A stretch of DNA of 64,000 nt. Source: Lingula anatina (lineage: Eukaryota; Animalia; Brachiopoda). Every line of letters starts with the position of its first letter. Within the stretch, counting starts at the first letter, position 1. Shown here piece after piece: positions 38,189-51,403 of this stretch. The stretch spans positions 19,158,001-19,222,000 of the forward strand of contig CM120642.1 of the NCBI GenBank assembly GCA_051362555.1, read 5' to 3'. A model generated the notes under the pieces. It was not told the origin of the DNA. It searched no databases and saw nothing but the letters and a program-made list of their open reading frames with translations. The translations under genes were made by a program, and so were the position numbers.

Positions 38189-39797
38189 TTACCCGCAAAC
38201 CGGTCTAGAGCGTTCTAACCGTGCTGAGTGGGAAAATATTAGATTTATTTTCTAATTCCTGTAGACTATATTATTTATTTTAACATACAGCTATTCCACT
38301 TAGATTATAGTATTTAATTTAACGTACAGCTGTATGTTTATGACTACATGTACAGCCCGAACAGACGTTTGTACCTGATTTTGGCATTTATCATATAACC
38401 TTTGTGCGCATTTGCAAATGTCCCAAATTCGTATTTTCTGTGAACAATGTATCCTGCAAATATACATGTATCTTTCCCAATTCAGATCTTAAAAATCACG
38501 AAACCCCTCTTTTATAGTTGAGAGGAATTTATAGAAATCATTATTAAAAAAAAAAAAAAACAAAAAAAAAAACGTCCGAATGAATTTACACGTGCTCTTA
38601 TTTAGTGATATTTCGAGCTGACACAGAGCACCTCTACATTTTGTAGCTGCGTACTGAGTACTACATTATTCCATTATGATATCTACGGTTTTAAAACGGC
38701 TCCTCTTCACTAGTTTCACTTACAACTGCGAGCGCCCTCTATAAGTGGTGAATGCTTGGCTGTTTTTTTTTTTCGGGAAAGCCACCTTCAGAAGTGGTCT
38801 TGCATATTTAATTTTCTTAAAATAATGCCAAACCAAAGAAAATTCGCCGAAAAAGTTGTCAAAAGTCATCGAGCTGTTTGCTTAGCTTATGAATATAACC
38901 TTACGGTCCACCAATCTCCATTTCTTCTTTGAAAGTTGTTATCTGTATTTTTCGTTTTAAGGATTAAGACGAATGTGTGGGTGGTCAACATTCGTCCTGG
39001 AAATTATTCACATGTAGCAGACATCTGATAAGGGGTTTATGGGTTATGTACGTATAAAGGGGGGCGTTTTACAGTCACGTACAAGCGTGGTTAAATCTCC
39101 TCGTGTCTTTAAGGTCAATCTTCAGTCACCTGAAGCCTATCCTAATACTATCGATTAAGAAGGGAAACATCTGTCAATTGGGCGAATTTACTCAGAGACA
39201 CGTTTCATGTGCACAGTGGCACTCATCAATAGCATTTGAATATAGACCGTCGCTCTATGGTCTATGCATATGGCATGAGTTAAATCACGTTTAAAATTGT
39301 TTAGTGTGACGACTTTAATGTGAGTGCTGTACAGACATACAAAGATGAAGAGTCAGGTTTATATAAGAAATGATCATCCAAATTATTTTAAATTGGGTAC
39401 TCTCTAATGAAAAAATACATGTGCCCGCCCAATCATGCCCAAATATTGAAGTCATTATAAATGGTCATTCCCGAAACTAAATCAACCCTATATAATGATT
39501 TGTCGATTTAACTTTTTAGAATAAATGACATCTTGCCATAATCTACAAGAGGAAAACTCAACTCAAACTTCATTCCAAAAACTTAATGAACACGACAGAA
39601 TAGATCTCAAAACAAGTATATTCAATTTAATATTTGGAGTTATATTTTTATATTATAACATTGCAAAAATAGAAATAATAATAATAGAATCATTCACCCC
39701 AGGCACAGCCCCGCCCTTAGTCCCACTGTATTTCCACAGGACCTCTCTCATCATAATTTTTTCTGATTAGCGTGATATTGGTCAAGCAAACTGAAAA

Positions 39798-39844
<47 letters not shown>

Positions 39845-40115
39845 AACATGGTTGCCAAATGCGGCTCTAAAGAGGGTTGGTGTTATCCAAAACCAATAGG
39901 CGAGACAAAAGGGACTTATAGACATGGGATAAGTGCAATTAACATTTATCCTTTTACAATCAGAACTCAAACCAATATGCCAATAAAAAGTTATTATCGC
40001 ATGGTATGACGGTCGTGATGTGCAATTGCCCACACCCTTAGGTTCAGCTTCGTCTGTTCACCGTCCCTGAGACTACTTTTCGACCGTGAGAGCGTCACAG
40101 TAAAGTGTGAAGATA

Positions 40116-40238
40116 ATTTGCATAAGGCGTGACACGTAATGACTCCAGAGGACGATCTGTTATATAAAAGCTCGTGTCCTAGGTAAATAGGTCAGTTGAC
40201 TTTGTTTTTGTGTCGTTCGAAATTGGTGCGGGATCCAA
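40116..40238 (+). promoter_or_regulatory. Core promoter and non-coding exon 1 of EF-hand gene copy 1
   Basis: ATTTGCAT octamer 40116-40123; TATATAAAAG 40161-40170; TCAGTT initiator 40192-40197 about 30 bp downstream; donor CAA|GTAAGT at 40238. TATA, Inr and donor are conserved in all three copies. Confidence 0.8.
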
Positions 40239-40704
40239 GTAAGTGATTTATGGTTTTTTTTTTATACAGTTTTGCTTGGACATGGGAAGTTGAGATTAAA
40301 TTAGAGGGATCGCATTGATGAACCTGCTCACTCAGTTGCATGGGTGTTTATCAAAGTTTCTTGTTGTAGGGTTTTCCGGACCGATCGTAAACCTTTACTT
40401 CGGCACTAAGCACTTTGGCACTGGTTGCTACATCGGCTTTACGAAAACTAATAAGACAAATCTTTTATGACCCAGTGGCATTAGATTTTGCTAAATGATA
40501 TTTTATATAAAATATGAAAAATTTAAATCATTGCGTTTTTCTTAACACCAGGTATATTTTGCATTCACATATTGGTAATATAATTATGTATTAATGCATG
40601 ATATAAATAAAGATATGTAGGATAGTTTCATTTCAAAACCGAATTTGCTTGTATGTTTTTTAATATGTAAATCATATATGTTTCGTTTCAGTAAGTACAG
40701 AAGC

Positions 40705-43700
40705 ATGAAGTTTTTGGTATTCTTAGGACTTATAGGGTAGGTTAATATTTTTTCTGATTTTTCTTGGTTTAATTTATATGTATTCTTTAAAAAATCAGTT
40801 TGACATACTCAAAAATACGTTGAAATAGGAGCAGCTTTGTAAATGCCTACGCTTAGCTTAAGCTTTCGTAGATTAATATCATACTGAGTAGTAAAATATT
40901 CTTTTTTTATCTTCAGGTTTGCTATTTGCCAGGACAGGATCGACCAGCTGTTTAGCTTGGCGGATGCCAACAAGGACGGCTCCATCCAAAAGGCCGAACT
41001 GGTGGCCGTGTTCCTTGCATATGATGAGGACAGTAAGCAGTCGTTTCTTTCTCTCTGCACATCCGTGTTTCCTATTGAAATAAGAAAATCATGGTAAAGA
41101 TATCAATACATGAGCAGCAAATGTTTCACCTGTTCTCTTTGTTTTTTTTTTCAATATGGTCTTGGAATACTTGGACCTTTTAAGTAAAGGGAGGCTTATT
41201 TCATAAGCATCTGTGATTTCTTCATATGAACCTTTCTTACAATGGTTTAAAGAACACAGTCGTAGGATAAGCGTAAGTGTAAGTAATAAGAACAATACTT
41301 TTCAAATTAAATTCTAGCGTTGTTTCCCTTACGAAAAAAGTCCTAAAGGATCCTATGGGAAATTGGACTAATTTTCTAAAGGATCGTTAGGGAATTCGCG
41401 TGTCTAGGTCCAAAATTGGCAAAACGATACGTAGCTTGTATAACGTAATCTCGGTAAAAAAAACCCTACCGTATTTGTTGGTACATGTACTCATTTGTTG
41501 TTTACGTATTCAAATTAATTTGAAAGCTTAATATATTATTTCAAATGCACCATTCTGGAACCCTCTTTTTCGAAATCTTTAATCATAGTCTTTATTGATA
41601 CCCTGTCTTATTTCCCATGCCTAATGAATCCCAATAAAGTGCAGCTCATTCTGTTATCCAAATATTAGGCACTGGATCCAGACAGTAGTATAATTAGTGA
41701 GTAAAGATCGGTATCAGTGTTGATTTTATCAGTTATTTTCCCGGAGTGGATATATATCTGTTTGACCAGTTATAATTTCTTTTTGGCGATAGGAAGCTTT
41801 GTATATTGAGTGCATGCATTCTTCAAAACGATCTAGCTCAGCTGGGAAGGTAGGCCCTAGAATGAGTCAGGCCGATTCGTCTGGTCTATATTTACACTTC
41901 TGCACAAAACTTCCTTTATTTTAAAACCAATCCACACTGTCTTGGAAATATTTGGTTTTAACCCAGAATATTAGGAAAACCGACGTTCACTGTAGGTCTC
42001 AAGAGTTTTTGAACGATTTCTCTGATCCGTCCAAGAATACCACTGTGCCCTCCGCATATGGTTTTAATTTTATCTTTTTCCTGCAATAACGAAAGCTCTG
42101 ATCTTTAATCTATGTTTTATTAGAATACCCATTATTTTTGCACATAAATCGAATATATATTGGAATCCATGTCGACACCATCAGCCTATCTTGCAAAAAA
42201 AATGAAAAATCCTTGTAAAACATTTGAATGACGCACAGTTCTGCGCTTTAAAAATACAAGAATTCTATTTTTTTCATAAAAAAACCCCAAAAAATCCATA
42301 ACAGATTCTATTTTTTTAACAGTGCATGGAGAAATGATTTTATAAGTATTATTATGAAGAGAGGTCGACCTCCAGTTTGTCAGTTCCAAACCGTTTTGAG
42401 AAACGCAACTGAGTGTCCGTGTAACAGGGTTAGCCTGATCTAAGTGGGTCAAAATCCAAGGCAAGGCTTTTATGTACAAATGAATGGGAAGCAAACACTA
42501 TGAGGGGGTATCTGCCACGTCACACCGGCTCTGTGAGCTCCTCCGGGTAGCGTCATGGCGGCGGACACAATTCACCGAACGTGAATAGGAAATCATGAAC
42601 TGGTTCTCCTAATGTGGCATTGGATTTGACATTTGGCCTACTTTTCTCCATCAAATGCTCTCTTCAAATTTCCTAGCTTTTATATTTATGCTAGGTGATG
42701 GCAGGGTAACGGAGACTGAGTTTGTCGACAACTGGGTTGCCGGTACAGGGTCCTCCCCAGAAGCTGCGAAGGCACTCTTTGATCAGACTGACGCCGCGGG
42801 TGCCGTCGCGGACGGCGCAATTACGCGCGATAACGTGGACGCGGTCTTTGTCGCTTTTGATGCTGACGGTAAGTTTTAGTTATGGAAAAATAAAATTTCA
42901 TCATTCTGGATTTCATAATAGGACTGGACAACAAGAACAAGAACAACAACAACAACAACAACAACAATAATAATAATAATAATAATGAATGAACCCATTG
43001 CATACGAGCATGCCCAGCTATATACCTTGGAGAAAGTGTTGCCAGGTTATATTACAATTGCTGCTAAATTGTGTCTTCTTTTAAACATAACTTAGTTTTT
43101 TTTCTATCTAGGAAGCGGCGAAGTTTCTCCGGCCGAGTTTAGAGCCAAATGGACCGAGGTAAAATTATCTTGACATAAATGCAGTGTAGATTTTCCGAGG
43201 AAGAAGAATCACTGTTCTCCAAGCTGTAGTAACAAGTTTTAACAGGCGCTATCGTTTGTTCGCAATTTGTTCACGAATGTACAGGCATGTGGTTCGCTAT
43301 TTGTAGGGTGTCTGTATGCGGTTGCTGACATCTTTCTGATAACGGCTTGTTATGATATGTTAGCCGCGGCGAAAAAAGAACGCCGTTTGTTGAACCCATA
43401 GTTGCCTTTATCATCCAAGTACAATTTAATGACCTTTCAACCCCCACCCCGGAAAATTATGATCTATAAAAAGACAACTTTATAATAATTTCTAAATCTG
43501 AACAAATGCCATTTATTCATCCAACCATCCCCTTTTACAGGGCGGTCAATAAAAAACGAATTCTTTTTGCATCTCAATTTCAATGCAATTCAATATTTCC
43601 AACTTTCTTTCACCAAATTGTTCCATAAAAATGACATTTTATCCTTGCAAATTCTGCAGATATTGGAGACCATTATAGATTACTGAAATTTGAAAATCCG

Positions 43701-44887
43701 ATCAACTGAGTCTACCAAGCATTTTAAAAAAGAATTGAAGACATACCTATTCAGGAAATTTTTTGATTAATCGACTTTTAAATTGATATTATAGATTTTG
43801 TAGTAATTGCATTTTGCACTGTAAGTAATAAGGCTGTTTTTTTAAATCTAGAATTGATTATTTTTTCTTAACAAACATATTTTAGTTATTATCTAGATAT
43901 CTTGATAACATGTAGGCCTATATCAAAACTGAGATGGGTTCTCCTTCAATTTCAGATCACCGGGTCTCTCGCTGCTACCTCGTAAGTACATACTTTATGT
44001 CTATGATTTTTTTAATAGAATCTGATTAGATATGCATGCCACGAAGAGCACCTTTCTCTATGTAGTATAACAGTGATAGAAAAAATTTAAGAAATAATAA
44101 TAAACCGATTCTGTGTATGGCTTAGCCTCCATAAAGTCCAGTTTTCATTTGTCCAGTTCTCGTTTATAGTAATTACCAGTAAAAATTTGAGGTGCAACTT
44201 TTGCCTCGTCCCACAACCTTTATCTGTGCTAGACTGCTAGTCTATCCCTCGCGACTGATTTTTTTCTTTGAAGTTTACACTTGGCTTGTATGAAATTAGG
44301 CCCAGGACCTGCACGAAAAAAGAACATGACCACAATATTATAATTTTTATTGACATAAATATCGTTTAACCCCCTTACTTCGAAGTGGGCGAAAATTCGG
44401 CCTCCAAGCGATTGCAAGCCCAGTGTAACAGCGCGTTTGCGACAGATTTTTTGAAGAACAATTCTTCATTTCACAGGACTCAAGTACAGGCGAGAATACA
44501 GCAACTGTTCAAATTGGTGGACAAAAACAACAATGGTATCATGACTCGGGGCGAATGTCTCCAACTCCTGACAATGTTTGACGACAACAGTAAGTACTGG
44601 CATAGTGCTGAATATTTTGAATAATCTAAAAAATGAACATGTGGTGTGTAAAACATTGGCTTCATGTGTTAATTTTTAATCAAGCATAGTATAGCGGCCA
44701 AGGCAACGACTAACAGTAATTGCCATTCAATGTCTACAAGCTGTTAAACCCAATCCTCTGTGATATGACGGAAAATTCGTGTCTGTCTGAGCCCTCGGGC
44801 ATCTATTAGAACAAGTCAATAGAACTTGTGTGAACGGGGGAGGGGGGCAATAACCTTCTTTCATCATCTTTTATATATATATATATT

Positions 44888-44919
<32 letters not shown>

Positions 44920-47405
44920 TTTTTGGGGGGGGGGGGGATGTCCTTAACAACAATTCCAGTGCCATAGGAGCTACACACACTGGACAAAAGAAGTGTCACC
45001 CCCTAACTCAGAGTAATAAAAGTAGGCAGATCTTGGGTACTTATAATGCCTGGTCTACTTATAATGTGACTAATGAGTATAAAACCGCTATACCATGGAA
45101 TTGTATTGTTGGTCTTGTACATGTACAGCAAATGTTATTCCTGTCTTCTTCCAATATGGCAAGATACAAGCAATTATCTAACGGTTATAGGTGCAAGTTA
45201 GTAACCTGAAGAGGCGGAATATAAGCAATGTCAGAATATCGATACAATTGAATTGTTCAGTCAGAACCGTGCAGAGGGTCTGATCTCGGTATAGAAACAC
45301 TGGATCAAGAGACAAATTGCCTCTGATGGGTCGCCCAAGAAAAAATACTGGCCGTGAAGACCGACGACTGATTTTGATGTCCAGGTTGTCAAAGTTCGAC
45401 ACTGCTTGTCAGTTGACAACACAGGGGAACAATTTCACACATAAGAATGTGTCTGTGAAAATTGCTAAGCGTCAGTTACATGCTCAGAGAGTGTACAGCA
45501 GGGTAGCAAGACTGAAACCTCTTATATCGTTACAAAACAGGCAACGTAGAGTAAACTAGGGTCAACAGGATCTTGAACTGGACAGTTCATGACAATTGGT
45601 CCTATATATTTTTTTCTGATGAGTGTCGCTTTGGTCTGACCTCTGATGACAGACGGGTACTATGCTGGCAAACTGCTGGTAAAGCATTTGAACCACATGC
45701 ACTTAATTTTCGAACCCGGAGCAGCATATTCGTCATGGTGTGGGGCTGCATCAGCATCCATTGCTTGGGCGAATTGATAGTGGTTAATGCAAACATGAAT
45801 CACTAGAAATATATCGATGTTTTGGAGTCAGGCTTGCTACCATCTATTACTAACATGTTTGGTGACAGGAATTATCCATTTGTTGACCAGGATGACAATG
45901 CTCCTTGTCACAGGCCCAGAGCAGTTGATGATTGGTTTGACCAACAGGACATTCGCAGGGTGATGTGGCCTGCCCAGAGTCCGGATGCAAACATAATAGA
46001 AAATGTGTGGAATGATATGTCAAAACTTTTTACAAATGCCCGTCTAACCAGCAGAGAAACTCTGTTATATTCAGTGTTTCATGCTTGGGCCAGCATTAGC
46101 CCTGAACGCATCAGACAATTATATGAAACCTTGCTTCGTAGACTGGCACCTATTATTAGGTCACGTGGCTATGCCACTAAGTACTAATTTTGGACTTGAA
46201 ACTGCATATTTTGGTAGAGTGTATATTTTGTTCTCATTTTGTGATTTTTTGTGAAATTTGATGTTAATAAAATGATACCAGGAGCATATCATTCAACAGT
46301 CATTTATCTCCCCCCATAGTATTGGCTCAGTAGGGGTGACACTTCTTTTGTCCAGTGTGTGTATATTTAGTAGTAACACCACTGGAGTTTGCTGGCTCCA
46401 TCCCAGATATGATTTTCATTCTTGATTCACCACTGTGTTTCAGAGGACGGTGAGGTCACCCAGACCGAGTTCTTAGCTCACTGGCCAGGTACAAATGGTG
46501 CCCAGGTATTTGCGGCTGCCGCTGGTGAGGACGGTAAAATTACCCGCGAAGATATGCAACGTATCTGTAATCAGTATGATGCCAACGGTAATAGCTCTTA
46601 TTATGTTATGAGATTCATTTTCTGACAGTTCCTTTTTATGACTTCAAATATTTCTCAGAATTAACTGGATAAGTAATTATATTCAGGTGAATGTCACTTT
46701 GGGGACTGTTTATGTGTCTATTTTTTGTTTCATATAAGCTGTGCGTGTAAGTAATATGCATTTAAGAACCTAAGAAAATGAATCAAACAATTTACTTAAT
46801 TAATGTTAACCTTACTTTAATTGCTCTGATGCTGTGTGTGCGTTTTGAAGGATATAAAAAATAAACAGAGAACAGATAAGGAAACAGAAGTACCGCGGAT
46901 GGACGTGCTCAAGATCAAGTCAGCAGTATTTTCCAGATTGAAAATCTGATTTCTGAATTCTTTTTCAAAAAAACTTTCTATCTTTATTTCTAGGCGACGG
47001 CCTAGTCCCCTTTGAGGAATTTGCTGCAGCCTGGTTAAAGGTAACTTAAATACAATTATTGCCTTCGGGTGAGGTGACTTCGGTGATTTATGCGACCCTC
47101 ATCTGGTATAATTGACCTCCGCCGTCGTAGACATTTACGAGTGATATTATGACGGTTGTATGGATAAACAGTAACTGTATTATTTACCCATGTTTTCAAA
47201 TGGTAGAAATGTTTCTGGTATTACATACTCTTTCAGTCAGATCATTGCCATCCGTGTTGCCGTTCTCAATGAGGTTATATTTTCACCGAAGATGGGGAAA
47301 AGAGACAAGAGAGGGCGAAGAATTACTTTATATGTTTTGAGTTGTAACGTTGTGGTATTTTATACATTCCAGATCGTTAGAGAGAATCCTGCCATTCTTG
47401 GTTGA
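40705..47405 (+). CDS. Secreted multi-EF-hand Ca-binding protein copy 1 (two 4-EF modules, ~243 aa; resembles molluscan insoluble matrix shell protein 5-type proteins)
   Basis: Exons 40705-40736, 40917-41032, 42695-42868, 43112-43158, 43956-43981, 44477-44589, 46444-46587, 46994-47040, 47373-47405 total 732 nt in frame. Signal MKFLVFLGLIGFAIC; loops DANKDGSIQKAE, DEDSDGRVTETE, DADGSGEVSPAE, DKNNNGIMTRGE, DDNKDGEVTQTE, DANGDGLVPFEE; AATAAA at ~47552. The shell-protein resemblance is from recall and has not been searched. Confidence 0.88.
44974..46361 (+). mobile_element. Tc1-family (DD34E) transposon with decayed transposase, in an intron of EF-hand copy 1
   Basis: TIR CACACACTGGACAAAAGAAGTGTCACCCC; TA duplication; empty site in copy 2 (~60186). 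Transposase 45156-46187 has GRPRK, FSDE, VMVWGCI, QDDNAPCH, WPAQSPDANIIENVW (34 residues from D to E), broken by stops and frameshifts. Confidence 0.95.
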
Positions 47406-49783
47406 GTGAACCTTTGTACATGGTTTGTAACAGTGCTGAAGAAGGACATGTGGAGATTTCGTGGTTGTTTTACTTCCCTTACAAAATTACGGACTTAAGT
47501 GTTTCCGAAGTGTTCTTCCAATTTCTGACTTTTTATCTTGGATTTCGTGAAAATAAAATACAGAGGGAAAGAAAGTGACAGTTTGCATTGCACTTTTTGT
47601 TTTGAATTATCAGACCGTTACAATTACAAGATATTAGTAGATATATTTATGCAAACATAAAGGAAAAGAAACATATGTCACGATGGTATTGGCTTAAATC
47701 TTACTGATTACGCAAGGTAAGAATTAAACCACCTTCATGTTCCTTCATATTCTTTATTGTCACTTCCTAACTACGTTTTCTTCTATCTACATTTTCTTCC
47801 TCCCCCTTCAACCTCCTACATGGCATTCCACCGTTTACATTACATTTGTTTACATCAAACCAGTTACTCTTCAAAACACTCCCCGCACCTTATTAACTCG
47901 TGGCTTTCAATGACTAACATTACATTATCTCCCGGGGACGATATGCCTGTCCCTAGGCATATTCAAAATTAAAATATACCACTAAATAATCCTTCTTAAG
48001 CACTCCAGAGTCGTACCAAAAATATAACTAAGCAAATAAATTCTATATAATTAACTTACACATAAAATAGAAACACATTGGACTTGAAACCAAAAATATA
48101 ACTCAAAGGAAGATAAATTAATAACTTTTTGGAAAAATCAGGAATGTTCGTGGATATATTTCGTATTGGCATTTAGACTTTTTAATGTGTGGTGCAAGAG
48201 TAGAGGTACTTTCTGTTTGTTTTCGGCCGCGCGGATATTTAATCTGTTACTCTCTTATTATGGCTCTGACACATTTTCTTATACGGTTTCCTTCTTTTGG
48301 TTGTCATTTTTGATATAGTAGGAATGCACTACAGGTACGTGATACAATAGGGTCGATCACTCCCTGTCCAGTGAGCAGCAGTCAACACAACGTTGCGACC
48401 AGCGCATCGTTCGTGATGAAGAACTTGTTCATTTTCAGATTTATCCACACTGTAGCGCTCCTTTGTGACGATTATAAGAGAAACATTTGTTTATATGAAG
48501 TTCAATCCACGAATGTATAAAATTATACTGAGAAATAATCAAGTCACAAAATGTGAGAATCTCCCTTGATGTCTATATCATCAGTTTCATGTCATCATAC
48601 TGTTCATATAACAATAATTATCTGGTTAAATATAGATAATCAGTAATCATAAGATATATAAGTTGCATATAGATATATTTATAATACTTCACGTATTTGA
48701 TATTCAATACATAATGCTTACGGCCAATCTCAGTAACTAGGTCCAATTGATGTTCCAGACCTTGGTGCCGTAAGAAAAAGGAAATTAAGTCTGTTCAGTG
48801 ACTTCAAAAGACGTGCACTTAATGACCAACTTATTAGCCGAAATCGTCAGTATTCTGTGAACCAGTGCCAGAAGAATAATAATTTTAATAACAAAAATTA
48901 AACTTTCGTTACTGTCGCCAAACGCCATCTCCATCAAACATACTAAATGTATACCACGGCAATATGGCCTTCTTTTTGTAACGCACCTTTTTTTTCATGT
49001 CACATAACATCGGTTTTTTCAGATAAGGCTATTTAACCATCAGTATGTATGAATGTTTAAATATTATCAGTTTTGAGGCGAATGTTACGGTCTCTCCTTG
49101 CCGTGCACTGAGGTTGACCGCCTCTACCAGTCACAGGAATGAGGTTTAGGTGGGGTTGGGGGTGGGGGAATAAGGGTGAGGGTGGGGAGGCGGAAGGGGG
49201 CCCCCGGGGCCTCCCTTTATAGTTTGAAGGTTAATTTTTAATTTATGGAATTTTTTAAAAACGAAAAACGATTCTGGCAACCAGAAACTAGTGTCGTTTT
49301 TCAAAAACGATTCTGAGAAGCCAGAATCATTTTTGCGGAAAGTGTTACGGTCTCTCTTCGCCGTGCGCTGAGGCCGATACAGGCCGATACATGTAGGTCT
49401 GCTGATCCGTATCTACGGAGCACAAGAAGCCTTTGCCGCGTAAGCCGGGCAGGGTGTTCAGGGTGTTACGGTCTAGTTTATTTTTCATTGTAGGTCATGG
49501 CAACATAAAAATTATTGACTAGTGTAAAGTGAAAGGCACACAAATGCTTACAAAGTTTATTAAATACAGTAAATACTGTGTATACGCCTCATAATCAAAA
49601 TATGTAAAAATACTGAGGTACTCATATTGATTTTTCAGTTTTTTGTCCTTTCAGTTCTTTCTTAACGCCTACCCGATGTTGCTTATCAAGAAGAAAAAAA
49701 TAGAATCTAATGAAAAAATTTATGTGCCCGTGCAATCATGCCCAAATATTAAAGTCATTATTAATAGTCATTCCCGAAACTAA

Positions 49784-50009
49784 CACCCCATTTCCATAGA
49801 TTTTTAGATCGATCTATCCCTGTGGGGAGTCTCACTAGATTACTGTCAGCTTGGCCGGCTTGAGCGTCTGTCCCGCCTACTAAAAGCTGTAAGGGGGTTA
49901 TTAACTATGGTGCGCGCTCGTCTGATTGCAATTTAGCGTGAACCCCCAGGGAGTTAGGTCGATCTAAATTTTAATCCCTGGATCGATCTAAATCTCTGGA
50001 AATACACCC
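49784..50009. mobile_element. AGATCGATCT-family MITE upstream of EF-hand copy 2
   Basis: TAA duplication; empty site CCGAAACTAAATCAAC at ~39471 in copy 1. Confidence 0.9.
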
Positions 50010-50172
50010 TAAATCAACACTGTCTAATGATATGTCGAGTTAACTTTCTCACCATAACCTTCAAGGGGAAAACTCAATTATTCTTCATTCCAAAAACTAA
50101 ATGAACACGACAGAATAAATCTCAAAACCAGTATCTTCAACTTAATATTAAAAATTATATTTTTATATATAA

Positions 50173-50387
50173 GGCTGTATTCCCAGAGCTTTTAGATCGA
50201 TCTATCCCCGCGGGGAGTCTCACTAAATTACTGTCAGATAATCCGGCTTAAATGTCCGTCCCGCCTACTACAAGCTGTAAGGGGGTAATTAACTTTCGTG
50301 TCCGCCAGGCTGACAGCTATTTAGCGTGAACCCCCAGGGAGTTAGGTCGATCTAAAGTAGATCGATCTAATCTCTGGAAATGGGGTC
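50173..50387. mobile_element. AGATCGATCT-family MITE upstream of EF-hand copy 2
   Basis: TAA duplication; empty sites TATAACATTGC at ~39654 and ~63045. Confidence 0.9.
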
Positions 50388-50792
50388 TAACATTACAAAA
50401 AATTAGATCAAAAACCCCACTGTATTTCCAAAGGGCCTTTCTCATCATAAATTTGTCTGATGGGCGTGATATTGATCAAGCGAACTGAAATAAAAATGTG
50501 CGGTGCGTTTTCGTCTTTTATTTGGTGGCATAATGCGGCTCTATAGAGGGTTGGTGTAATCCAAAACCAATACGGGAAACAAATAAGGCTAATAGACACG
50601 GGATAAGTGCAATTGACATTCAACCTTTAACAAGCAAAACTCAAAACTCAATAAAACGTGATTATCGCATGGTATGCCGGTCGTGATGTGCAATTGCCCC
50701 CAGCCCAGGGTTTGGCTTCGTCTGTTCACCGTCCTTGAGACTACTTTTTGACCGTGAGAACGTCACAGTACGTTTTTTAACGTGTGAAGATA

Positions 50793-50915
50793 ATTTGCAT
50801 AAGGCGTGACACGTAATGACTCCAGACCACGATCTGTTATATAAAAGCTCGTGTCCTAGGTAAATGGGTCAGTTGACTAAGTTTTTGTGTCGTTCGTTAT
50901 TGGTGCAGGATCCAA
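50793..50915 (+). promoter_or_regulatory. Core promoter and non-coding exon 1 of EF-hand copy 2
   Basis: Octamer 50793-50800, TATA 50838-50847, TCAGTT 50869-50874, donor at 50915. Confidence 0.8.
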
Positions 50916-51403
50916 GTAAGTTATTTATATTTTTATACAGTTTTTACTTTAACGCGGGAAGTTGAAGTTAAATTAGAGTGATTGCATTGTGGAACCTGTT
51001 CATTCAGTTGCATGGGTGTTTATCAAAGTTTCTTGTTGTAGGGTTTTCCGGACCGATCGTAATCCTTTACTTCGGCACTGAGTACTTTTGTACTGGTTGC
51101 TACATCGGCTTTACGAAAACTAATAAGACGAATCTTTTATGACCAAGTTGCAATATCATTAAGATGTAATGCATTAGCTTTTGCTAAATAATATTCTATA
51201 CACAATGTGAAAAATTAAAATCGGAGCGTTTTTCTTAACACCAGGTATATTTTGCATTCACATATTGTTACATGTAATATAGTTTTATATTTATGCATGC
51301 TTTAAATGAAGATATGTAAGATACTTTATTTTCAAACCCGAATTTGTACGTATATTTAATAATATGTAAATCATATATGTTTCATTTCAGTAAATACAAA
51401 AAT

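Noticed and set aside
45156-46187. Active Tc1 transposase
   Set aside because: Multiple in-frame stops and at least two frameshifts.
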